This document shows, piece after piece, positions 38,358 to 46,629 of a DNA stretch of 64,000 bases. The position numbers and the translations under genes are program-made. Source of the stretch: Candidatus Oxydemutator sp. (GTDB lineage: Bacteria; Pseudomonadota; Gammaproteobacteria; Poriferisulfidales; Oxydemutatoraceae); NCBI GenBank assembly GCA_965203445.1, contig OZ241883.1, forward strand, positions 224,001 through 288,000, in the 5' to 3' direction. The notes under the pieces are model-generated. The model was not told where the DNA came from, did not search any database, and was given only the letters and a program-made list of their open reading frames with translations. How positions within the stretch are numbered: the first letter of the stretch is position 1; each line of letters opens with the position of its first letter.

Positions 38358-39120
38358 CTTCATCTCCTTGTCGAAACTTGTGCTCCTTTGGAATTTCTCC
38401 GGAACGGAGCATATCCCTGAGCTTTTGCGGATCAAAAAAATCCGGAACAATCAGGATAGGAAGCGGGTCGGCATGAAGCATCTGCATCCGCACCGCCTCT
38501 CTCTTGGCCTGCGCTTCATTGTACACTGCAACTCCAATCACATCCCGCCATTCGACACGGTCGGGAATAAGAACCTCCGCCTGTTGGTCAGTGGGCAGAA
38601 AGGCGGGATGGAGCGGACCGCGTATGAACGTTCGGTTACCTTCTACAGTTTTTTCAAAAAGACCTTCGAATGCCTGCTCACCCTCCTGAACATATTTGCC
38701 AACCCCCGCCGCCGCATTGCGGGGGCAGAACTTCGTGCCGGGGCGCCATAGATAGTAGCACCTGATCAACAGCACGACCCAGTCTTTGAAGAGACACTTG
38801 CCTGCACTGTCGAACGGGCCGGGCGACCCCGAACCTTGCACGACGCAGTCTTTGAAGAGAGGCTTGCCTGCACGCGCTTTTTTGAAGTACCAGGCATTAG
38901 GATACTGAATGGAGCAGCATACATGATCCGGATACCCATCGAAACGATCCCTATCCGTCGGATTGAAAACCGCTCTCTCATCCTCCTTAAGCTGTTTCGA
39001 GGCGAGGACGCCATGCTGATCCGTCACTATATGCCCGAGATTACGAGACGGCGTGAAGTGACACAGTCTGGTGATGCCGCGCCTTTCAGAAGCTTCTTTG
39101 ATTGCAGTAATTTCCTTCAT
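38341..39120 (-). CDS. DarT-like (DUF4433) DNA ADP-ribosyltransferase
   Basis: LCHFTPSRNL, DRDRFDG, CCSIQYPN, FCPRNAA and QQAEVLI (putative catalytic E) match the DarT/DUF4433 motif layout. Confidence 0.82.
   Translation of the reverse strand: MKEITAIKEASERRGITRLCHFTPSRNLGHIVTDQHGVLASKQLKEDERAVFNPTDRDRFDGYPDHVCCSIQYPNAWYFKKARAGKPLFKDCVVQGSGSPGPFDSAGKCLFKDWVVLLIRCYYLWRPGTKFCPRNAAAGVGKYVQEGEQAFEGLFEKTVEGNRTFIRGPLHPAFLPTDQQAEVLIPDRVEWRDVIGVAVYNEAQAKREAVRMQMLHADPLPILIVPDFFDPQKLRDMLRSGEIPKEHKFRQGDEDGNAG
38772..38873. repeat. 36-bp direct repeat (33/36 identical) around a 30-bp unique segment, in frame within the DarT-like gene
   Basis: GCACGACCCAGTCTTTGAAGAGACACTTGCCTGCAC (38772-38807) versus GCACGACGCAGTCTTTGAAGAGAGGCTTGCCTGCAC (38838-38873). 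Confidence 0.9.
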
Positions 39121-40499
39121 TGCAGTTGATACAAGGCTTTGTTATCCGGCAGCATGGCCGTAACTTGTCCGGAGTGCGTCAGCACCAGGGTGGACCTGGC
39201 CCTGGTGATGCCGACGTATAACAGACGTCCATTGCGCGTCGCCGCTTCTCCACCCCCTAGAAGTTTGACATCGGTGGGATCGGGCCAATGCTTCCTCGAA
39301 AGAAGCGGCAAAAAAACCGTGTCGAACTCCAGTCCCTTGGCGGCATGATAGGTTCCGAAGAAGATGCCGGGGCCGCCCGGCCATTGATCCAGCGTACGAT
39401 GAAGCCGCATCGCACCGGGTATCTGCCACTCTTGTTTGCGCCTTCTGAAAAGAATGGCCACGGTTCCCGTCCGCGCAAGCCCGGTCGCCTGGGAGATAAC
39501 AAACTGTTTTTCCTGCTGTTCATCCGGCAGTTCCCTTAGCGCCGGCGGCGGCTCGTCGGCGACTGGTGCCTTGGGTTCGACCAGATCGGGATCGCGCGGA
39601 AAATACGGCATTTTGGCAAGCGCCAAGGCAAGTCTGGCAATCTGCGGCATGTTGCGATAGTTCTCCTTAAACCGCCAAATCGGATTTTTTACACGAAGAC
39701 CGGCGCTTCGCCACGACACGCGGTGTCCGTATATCTGCTGGGCGATGTCTCCGAAGAAAGTCAGGCTGCCGTTTGGCGGAATCGCCGCCACGAGCGAGCG
39801 CAACATCTCCGGAGAGAAATCCTGCCCCTCGTCAATGACGACGTGGCGGTAACGGCGCTCGCTTCCGTCCCGTTGCAATTCTTTAAGAACGCCGCTGGCA
39901 AGGTCGTTCCAATCGTACAGCTTGCCGTGGCTACGGCGTTCAATCAGGTAGCGTTCGTACAAGCCGAACACGGCGGCCCGTTCGTTTCGCACGACACGAG
40001 TACCGGCTCGACCTGTGCGTTCGGCTTCGATGTAGTCTTGCTCCTCGGTGATTCCTTGCTGCTGGATCCATGCAAACTCTTCATCCCAGAACTCGGGCGG
40101 GCGCTCCAAGGAGGTGCCGGACAATCCATCGGTCTGCGCTCGCCTTATCACATCGCGTATGCATTGCCGCCGCTCCTCAGAGCCGCAGATACCTCCCCAT
40201 GACAACTTGCCTCGGGACGAGAGATAGCCTGTTGCGAACTTGTGGTAATTCTCTACGGTGACGGGTTTCTGATGCGCGCCGGCCAAGTGCCTCATATAGG
40301 TGACCAGACACTTGTTGAACGTCACCAGCAGCGTTCGCCCGCCATGGTCGGTGTTTGGATGGGACAAGTAGTTCGAGCGGTAAATGGCGAGCGTGGTCTT
40401 GCCGCTGCCGGCAGTGCCTAATACCACCGTGTGGCCGTGCGCGGGCAGGTACAGCACTTCCTTCTGCCGACCCGTCGGTCGCGGTAGCGGAGCGGCCAT
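39117..40499 (-). CDS. Compact superfamily-1 (UvrD-like) helicase
   Basis: GTAGSGKT, IDEGQD, GDIAQQIY, ENYRN, TYHAAKGLEFD, LLYVGITRAR; ATGA overlap with the DarT-like start. Confidence 0.9.
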   Translation of the reverse strand: MAAPLPRPTGRQKEVLYLPAHGHTVVLGTAGSGKTTLAIYRSNYLSHPNTDHGGRTLLVTFNKCLVTYMRHLAGAHQKPVTVENYHKFATGYLSSRGKLSWGGICGSEERRQCIRDVIRRAQTDGLSGTSLERPPEFWDEEFAWIQQQGITEEQDYIEAERTGRAGTRVVRNERAAVFGLYERYLIERRSHGKLYDWNDLASGVLKELQRDGSERRYRHVVIDEGQDFSPEMLRSLVAAIPPNGSLTFFGDIAQQIYGHRVSWRSAGLRVKNPIWRFKENYRNMPQIARLALALAKMPYFPRDPDLVEPKAPVADEPPPALRELPDEQQEKQFVISQATGLARTGTVAILFRRRKQEWQIPGAMRLHRTLDQWPGGPGIFFGTYHAAKGLEFDTVFLPLLSRKHWPDPTDVKLLGGGEAATRNGRLLYVGITRARSTLVLTHSGQVTAMLPDNKALYQLQ

Positions 40500-40643
40500 C
40501 AGACGACGTGCCTCATGAACTCGTTTCGCTTCATCGGGATGGGCAAGTGAGCGTCGTTCATCAATTCGGGCGGCGGGAGCGGGGATTATAACTGTATGCG
40601 CTCGCCAATTTCCGACGGGGCGGCGGGGCGCCTTGGTACTACG

Positions 40644-41555
40644 TCACGTCGGCGGACGCCAGCCGGCGGCGCCGAGGCGTTTGCGGTAGCGGGCGCGGTA
40701 CAGCAGGCGGGGGGCGTCGTCTTGGTCCTCGAAGGCGTCGCGCGTGTGCAGGACGTTGTTGCAGACGACGCCCTCGGACGCGGCCAGGCGGCGGTGTATG
40801 CGCCAGTCGCTCGTCGCCAGTATCTCGCCAAGGCGCGTCAGCGCGTCGCGGCACTCGGCGCGCCATTTTATATGCCGCGCGCGCGCCGTATAGCGCGTAA
40901 GCAGCGCGCCGTCGCGCGCATCCACCGCGAACACCGGCACGCTGCGCGCCGGGCGTATCTGCCCGCCGTCCTCGACGTTGGCCGGCAGCGTCATCGCGCG
41001 CGGGTGCATCAGCTGCTCGACGTGGCGCGGGTCGTCGTCGCGCAACAGAATATAGACGAGTTCGGGATCGAGATAGCAATTCGCGCCGCCGCTTGCCGCC
41101 GCGCGCACGCAATACATCGAAAAAGCGCGCACGGCGTCGGCGGCGGAGTTGTAATAGCCGTCGGTGTGCCATTGCAGCGCGCGGCGCGTGTATGGAACGT
41201 AGCGGCTGCCCTCGAGCGCGCGGACGTGGCTGATGCGCCCGGCGTCGGCACACGGGTTGGCGATGAGATCGCCAAGCCCCAGTTGCTGGCCCATGCGCTT
41301 GAACGCGGCGCCGTCGCGCAGCGGCTTCGCAAGACGATAGAAACACAGGTTGGCGCGGCGGCAGTTGGCGATGATCGCGGCGCGCTCGGCGTCGCTCAGC
41401 GCCTGCGCGTCGGCGACGACGACGGTCAGTTCGTCCGCCGAGCGCGCGCGCGTCGCCAGCTTGCGTTCGCGCCAGCGTCGGTACGCGGTTTCGTTGCCGG
41501 GCACGAACGGCGAATCGGAACGGTCGGCGGCAGTCGTCGGGAGCGGATGCGGCAT
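40644..41555 (-). CDS. TauD/TfdA-family Fe(II)/2-oxoglutarate dioxygenase-like protein, divergent from dsrA
   Basis: WHTDGYYN and NNVLHTR facial-triad motifs; RLLYRARY. Confidence 0.88.
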   Translation of the reverse strand: MPHPLPTTAADRSDSPFVPGNETAYRRWRERKLATRARSADELTVVVADAQALSDAERAAIIANCRRANLCFYRLAKPLRDGAAFKRMGQQLGLGDLIANPCADAGRISHVRALEGSRYVPYTRRALQWHTDGYYNSAADAVRAFSMYCVRAAASGGANCYLDPELVYILLRDDDPRHVEQLMHPRAMTLPANVEDGGQIRPARSVPVFAVDARDGALLTRYTARARHIKWRAECRDALTRLGEILATSDWRIHRRLAASEGVVCNNVLHTRDAFEDQDDAPRLLYRARYRKRLGAAGWRPPT

Positions 41556-41613
41556 ACTGCGCCCACTATATAGCGCGTGCCGCGCCAAACGACAAGAACA
41601 CGTTCCGACAAAA

Positions 41614-41680
41614 ACCCCTTTCCCAGAGGGAGAGGGTTTGATTATGGGCCTGCAGCTGCCCTCTCCCAGAGGGAAAGGAG
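41614..41680. repeat. Two CCCT(C/T)TCCCAGAGGGA(G/A)A hairpins
   Basis: Same palindrome family as 19049-19215 and 59650-59800. Confidence 0.7.
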
Positions 41681-41728
41681 TTCATTTTTTGGCCCTTTTT
41701 GGCCCAAGGGCTATGCCAATAGGCCATC

Positions 41729-41757
41729 TTGATACCCTTCGGCAGTTTAACTATAAT
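41729..41757 (+). promoter_or_regulatory. Sigma70-type promoter of the dsr operon
   Basis: TTGATA (41729-34), a 17-nt spacer and TATAAT (41752-57), about 90 nt before dsrA. Confidence 0.75.
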
Positions 41758-41846
41758 CCTTAGTTACCCATTTGGAGGCCGTGCCGGTCACGGCGGGTTT
41801 GCGCCAAGCGCTTGACCCAAGCACAAAACGACCACGGAGGAACGTT

Positions 41847-43112
41847 ATGACGGCTACGCAGAAGCATCAGACGCCGATGCTGGACGAATTGGAGAAAGGC
41901 CCCTGGCCGAGTTTCATCTCCGGAATAAAACGCCTGCGCGACCAGCACGAGGACGAACGCGTAAGCGGCGTCGCCAACGACCTGCTGGGTCAGCTCGAAC
42001 ACTCGTACGAGACGCGCCGCGGCTATTGGAAAGGCGGCACCGTCAGCGTCTTCGGCTACGGCAGCGGCATCATCCCGCGCTTCTCGGAGGTCGGCGCGGC
42101 GTTCCCCGCCTCCAAGGAGTTCCACACGCTGCGCGTGCAGCCGCCGGCGGGCAACTACTACACCACCGACATGCTGCGCAAACTGGCCGAGAGCTGGGAG
42201 AAATGGGGCTCCGGACTGGTGACCTTCCACGGCCAGACCGGCAACATCATGTTCATCGGCGCGAGCACCGAGAACACCCAGCATTTCTTCGACGAGATCA
42301 ACGATTACGGCTGGGACCTCGGCGGCGCCGGGCCGTGCGTGCGCACCGGGCAGTCGTGCGTCGGCGCGGCGCGCTGCGAGCAGTCCAACATAGACGAGAT
42401 GCGCGTCCACCGCACGCTGCTGAACAACTTCACCGACGACGTACACCGTCCGTCGCTGCCCTACAAGTTCAAGTTCAAGGTTTCCGGCTGCCCCAACGAC
42501 TGTATGAACTCGATCGAGCGCTCCGACCTCGCGATCATCGGCACCTGGCGCGACGACATGAAGGTGGATCAGCGCGAGGTCAGGCAATACGTCGAGAAAA
42601 AGGGCCGCCAGTACATCACCGACAACGTCATCGCGCGTTGCCCGACGCAGGCGCTGTCGCTGGCCGAAGACGACACGCTCGAAGTGGACAACCGCAACTG
42701 CGTGCGCTGTATGCACTGCCTGAACGTGATGCCCAAGGCGCTGTCGCCGGGCGACGACAAGGGCGCGACGCTGCTGATCGGCGGCAAGCGCACGCTCAAG
42801 ATCGGCGATTTGATGGGCACCGTCATCGTGCCGTTCATGAAGCTCGAGAGCAAGGAAGACTTCGAGCGCCTCGTCGAGATCGCCGAGGAGACGATAGACT
42901 TCTGGGCCGAGAACGGGCTGGAGCACGAGCGTTGCGGCGAGATGATCGAACGCATCGGTCTGGTCAACTTCCTCGAGGGAGTCGGCCTCGACGTGGATCC
43001 GAACATGATCTCCGACCCGCGCACCAGTTCCTACGTGCGCACCGACGACTGGGAGCAGGAGGCGGCCAAATGGTTCGAGCACAAACGAGAAAAGCTGGCG
43101 GCCACCGCCTAG
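41847..43112 (+). CDS. dsrA: Reverse dissimilatory sulfite reductase, alpha subunit
   Basis: TPMLDELEKGPWPSFISG, YWKGG.V.VFGYGSGIIPRF, LPYKFKFKVSGCPNDC, CVRCMHCLN. Confidence 0.98.
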   Translation: MTATQKHQTPMLDELEKGPWPSFISGIKRLRDQHEDERVSGVANDLLGQLEHSYETRRGYWKGGTVSVFGYGSGIIPRFSEVGAAFPASKEFHTLRVQPPAGNYYTTDMLRKLAESWEKWGSGLVTFHGQTGNIMFIGASTENTQHFFDEINDYGWDLGGAGPCVRTGQSCVGAARCEQSNIDEMRVHRTLLNNFTDDVHRPSLPYKFKFKVSGCPNDCMNSIERSDLAIIGTWRDDMKVDQREVRQYVEKKGRQYITDNVIARCPTQALSLAEDDTLEVDNRNCVRCMHCLNVMPKALSPGDDKGATLLIGGKRTLKIGDLMGTVIVPFMKLESKEDFERLVEIAEETIDFWAENGLEHERCGEMIERIGLVNFLEGVGLDVDPNMISDPRTSSYVRTDDWEQEAAKWFEHKREKLAATA

Positions 43113-43172
43113 GCAAGCCCTAAGGCGAACCCCTAGACACGCGACACGCCGCACCGAACAAGGAGACTATAG

Positions 43173-44249
43173 ATGGCGCAACACCACCGCGAACCGATAG
43201 AGTCGGGCTGCCCCGACGGTTTTCAATACATGCATCCCGTGATGCGCAAGAACTACCGCAACTGGGCCTACCACGAAGACCCGCGCCCGGGCGTGCTCAA
43301 GCACGTTGCGCGCGACGGCGACGACGCGATATGGACGGTGCGCGCCGGCACCCAGCGCATCCTCGACGTGTTCACGCTGCGCAAACTGTGCGACATCGGC
43401 GACCGCTACGCCGACGGCTACGTGCGCTTCACGATACGCAGCAACATCGAGTACATGGTCGCCGACGAAAGCAAGGTCATGCCGCTGATAGGCGCGCTCG
43501 AGGACGCCGGCTTCGTCGTCGGCGGCACCAAGAACTCGGTGACGATGATCTCGCACACGCAAGGCTGGCTGCACTGCGACATTCCGGGCACCGACGCCTC
43601 GGGGGTGGTCAAGGCGATGATGGACGAGCTGGTCGAGGAGTTCAAAAACTGGAACATGCCCAACCGCGTGCACATCACCACGTCGTGCTGCCAGATCAAC
43701 TGCGGTGGCCAGGGCGACATCGCGATCAACGTCCAGCACACCAAGCCGCCGAAGATCAACCACGACCTGGTGTCGAACGTGTGCGAGCGCCCGTCGGTGG
43801 TGGCGCGCTGCCCGGTGGCGGCGATCCGCCCGGCGATGGTCAACGGCAAGCCGTCGCTCGAGGTGGACGAGAAAAAGTGCATCTGCTGCGGCGCGTGCTA
43901 TCCGCCGTGCCCGCCGATGCAGATCAACGACCCGGAACACACCAAGCTGGCGATCTGGGTCGGCGGCAACCACTCGAACGCGCGCGGCAAGCCGACCTTC
44001 CAGAAACTGGTCGCCGCCGGCATTCCGAACAACCCGCCGCGCTGGCCCGAGGCGACCGCGGTGGTCAAGAAAATCCTGAAGACCTACAAGGAAGACGCCA
44101 AGGACTGGGAGCGGATCAACGACTGGATCGAGCGCATCGGCTGGCCGCGCTTCTTCGAGCTGACCGAGCTGCCGTTCACCAAGTACCACATAGACAACTG
44201 GCTGGGAGCCAGACGCAGCCTCAACTCCTCGGCGCACGTGCGCTTCTGA
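43173..44249 (+). CDS. dsrB: Reverse dissimilatory sulfite reductase, beta subunit
   Basis: HTQGWLHCDIPGTDASG, SCCQINCG, CICCGACY, WIERIGWPRFF. Confidence 0.98.
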   Translation: MAQHHREPIESGCPDGFQYMHPVMRKNYRNWAYHEDPRPGVLKHVARDGDDAIWTVRAGTQRILDVFTLRKLCDIGDRYADGYVRFTIRSNIEYMVADESKVMPLIGALEDAGFVVGGTKNSVTMISHTQGWLHCDIPGTDASGVVKAMMDELVEEFKNWNMPNRVHITTSCCQINCGGQGDIAINVQHTKPPKINHDLVSNVCERPSVVARCPVAAIRPAMVNGKPSLEVDEKKCICCGACYPPCPPMQINDPEHTKLAIWVGGNHSNARGKPTFQKLVAAGIPNNPPRWPEATAVVKKILKTYKEDAKDWERINDWIERIGWPRFFELTELPFTKYHIDNWLGARRSLNSSAHVRF

Positions 44250-44269
44250 CGCCGCCGCCGGCGCCGTTG

Positions 44270-44662
44270 ATGAAACTGTCGCTGCTGGTCAACGAGGGCC
44301 CGTACACGCACCAGGCGTCCGACAGCGCGTACCGCTTCGCGCTGGCGGCGTTGGCCAAGGGGCACGAGATCTACCGCGTCTTTTTCTACCACGACGGCGT
44401 TCACAACGGCACGCGCCTGGGAGCGCCGCCGCAGGACGACAGAAACCTGCCGCAGCTATGGTCGGAGCTGGCCGCCAGGCACAAACTCGATCTGGTGGTA
44501 TGCGTCGCCGCGGCGCAGCGCCGCGGCCTGCTCGACGGCGACGAAGCCAAACGCCACGGCAAGGACGCCGACAACATCGCGCCCGGCTTTCGCATCTCGG
44601 GTCTCGGCCAGCTGATAGAGGCCGGCGTGCAGTCCGACCGCCTGGTGACGTTCGGCGATTGA
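44270..44662 (+). CDS. dsrE: Sulfurtransferase DsrE
   Basis: MKLSLLVNEGPYTHQASDSA, VFFYHDGV, VCVAAAQRRG, GFRISGLGQL. Confidence 0.95.
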   Translation: MKLSLLVNEGPYTHQASDSAYRFALAALAKGHEIYRVFFYHDGVHNGTRLGAPPQDDRNLPQLWSELAARHKLDLVVCVAAAQRRGLLDGDEAKRHGKDADNIAPGFRISGLGQLIEAGVQSDRLVTFGD

Positions 44663-44692
44663 CGCCGCGCCCCGCTCGCACCGACACAAACG

Positions 44693-45124
44693 ATGGACGA
44701 AGCACAAGACAACGGCGACGGCACGGTCAAGAAGTTCCTGTACATGAACCGCAAGGCGCCGTACGGCACCGTGTACGCGTTGGAGGCGCTCGAAGTCGTG
44801 CTGATCGCGGCCGCGTTCGACCAGGACGTGAGCATAGTGTTCGCCGACGACGGCGTCTATCAGCTGATGAAGGGGCAGGACACCGGCGACGTCGGCATGA
44901 AAAATTTCTCGCCGACCTACGCGGCGCTCGGCGACTACGACGTCAAGAAGATCTACGTCGAGCGCGAGTCGCTCGAGGAGCGCGGCCTGTCGCCCGGTGA
45001 CTTGCAGGCGCTGACCTACGAGGACGAAGACGACGACTACAAGGAAAAAAACTCGCTGCACGTCGTCGCCCGCGAGCAGCTGGCGAAGCTGATCGCCGAA
45101 CAGGACGTGGTTCTGAGTTTTTGA
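44693..45124 (+). CDS. dsrF: DsrF
   Basis: KKFLYMNRKAPYGTVYALEALE, DDGVYQL. Confidence 0.95.
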   Translation: MDEAQDNGDGTVKKFLYMNRKAPYGTVYALEALEVVLIAAAFDQDVSIVFADDGVYQLMKGQDTGDVGMKNFSPTYAALGDYDVKKIYVERESLEERGLSPGDLQALTYEDEDDDYKEKNSLHVVAREQLAKLIAEQDVVLSF

Positions 45125-45142
45125 CGGCCGCGGAACGACGCG

Positions 45143-45454
45143 ATGGCCATGCTGCACATAGTCAACAAATCGCCGTTCGAGCGCAACGCGCTGGACGCCT
45201 GCCTGCGCCTGGCCGCGCCCGACGCTTCGGTACTGCTGATCGAGGACGGCGTCATCGCCGCAACGCGCGCCGCGCGCGTCGCGGACAAGGTGACCGACGC
45301 CATGCAGAGGGGGCTTGCGTTTTTCGTGCTGGCACCCGACGTGCGCGCGCGCGGCCTCGGCGAGGAGCGCCTGATAAGCGGCGTTACCGCGGTGGATTAC
45401 GACGGCTTCGTGGACTTGGTGGCGAACCACGATAATGTACAATCATGGCTGTGA
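45143..45454 (+). CDS. dsrH: DsrH
   Basis: MLHIVNKSPFE, LLIEDGV, VDYDGFVDLV...QSWL. Confidence 0.95.
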   Translation: MAMLHIVNKSPFERNALDACLRLAAPDASVLLIEDGVIAATRAARVADKVTDAMQRGLAFFVLAPDVRARGLGEERLISGVTAVDYDGFVDLVANHDNVQSWL

Positions 45455-45488
45455 CGCCTGCAACCAGGACAACGACGGAGGAAAAACC

Positions 45489-45821
45489 ATGCCTTTGGAA
45501 GTAGATGGGAAAACCTATGAAACCGACGAGGAAGGCTACCTCGCCAACCTGAGCGACTGGAAACCGGAGTTGGCGACCGCGATGGCCACCGCCGACGGCG
45601 CCGAGCTGGACAGCAACCACTGGGAAGTCATCAACTTCCTGCGCGAGTACTACGAGGAATACCAGATCGCCCCGGCGGTGCGCGTGCTGACCAAGGCCAT
45701 CGGCAAGAAGCTCGGCAAGGACAAAGGCAACAGCAAGTATTTGTACGAACTGTTTCCCTACGGCCCGGCCAAACAGGCCTGCAAATACGCCGGCCTGCCG
45801 AAACCGACCGGCTGCGTCTGA
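45489..45821 (+). CDS. dsrC: Sulfur carrier DsrC
   Basis: ETDEEGYL; C-terminal LFPYGPAKQACKYAGLPKPTGCV with both conserved Cys. Confidence 0.97.
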   Translation: MPLEVDGKTYETDEEGYLANLSDWKPELATAMATADGAELDSNHWEVINFLREYYEEYQIAPAVRVLTKAIGKKLGKDKGNSKYLYELFPYGPAKQACKYAGLPKPTGCV

Positions 45822-45879
45822 AGCGCCGCCGCCGGCGCTCGCACCGGCTTTCCGTGCGGGGGCCGGGGCCGGAATCGTC

Positions 45880-46629
45880 ATGTCATTGCTGACCGCAGCC
45901 TACGCGGCCTTGTTCTATCTGGCGACCGCGGTGCTCGTCGGCGGCGTCGCCTACCGCATATGGCTGTACCGGCGCGCGCCGGCGCCGCTGAAGATCCCGA
46001 CGACGCCGGCGCCGACCACGCGCCGCGGCGTCGTCTTTCGCATGTTCAAGGAAGTCGTGTTTTTCGAGAGCCTGTTCAAGTCGAACAAGTGGATCTGGCT
46101 GTTCGGATGGCTGTTTCACTTCGGCCTGCTGCTGGTGCTGCTGCGCCACCTGCGCTACTTCACGCAACCGGTGTGGTCGTGGGTCGAGTGGCTGCAACCC
46201 GTCGGCAAGTACGCGTCGCTGATGATGGTCGCCGGTCTCGCCGGCCTGTGGCTGCGCCGCATCGTCGTCGACCGCGTGCGCTACATCTCGTCGCCGTCGG
46301 ATCACCTGATGCTGCTGCTGCTGCTTTTGATCGGCGCGACCGGCATGTGGATGACCTTCGCAAACCCGGTCGACATCGTCTCGATGAAGATGTTTTTCCT
46401 GGGACTGATGCGCCTCGAACTGCACCCGCTGCCGCCCGACGCGCTGATGAACGTGCACCTGGCGCTGGTGGCGGCGTTGATGATCGTGTTTCCGTTCAGC
46501 AAACTGCTGCACGCGCCCGGCGTCTTCTTCAGCCCGACGCGCAACCAGGCCGACGACGCGCGCGACAAGCGCCACGTCGCGTCCTGGGCGCTCAAACTGG
46601 AACACTCCGGAGGGCGCCCCGATGGCTGA
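45880..46629 (+). CDS. dsrM: Membrane b-type cytochrome DsrM
   Basis: NarI-like TM protein; PLKIPTTPAP, FPFSKLLHAPG. Confidence 0.95.
   Translation: MSLLTAAYAALFYLATAVLVGGVAYRIWLYRRAPAPLKIPTTPAPTTRRGVVFRMFKEVVFFESLFKSNKWIWLFGWLFHFGLLLVLLRHLRYFTQPVWSWVEWLQPVGKYASLMMVAGLAGLWLRRIVVDRVRYISSPSDHLMLLLLLLIGATGMWMTFANPVDIVSMKMFFLGLMRLELHPLPPDALMNVHLALVAALMIVFPFSKLLHAPGVFFSPTRNQADDARDKRHVASWALKLEHSGGRPDG

Noticed and set aside
38772-38873. True CRISPR mini-array
   Set aside because: Only two imperfect copies, protein-coding, no leader and no clear hairpin; kept as an insertion finding.
41554-41564. 11-bp match (GGGCGCAGTAT) to the duplicated adhesin promoter block
   Set aside because: Too short to exclude chance in GC-rich DNA.
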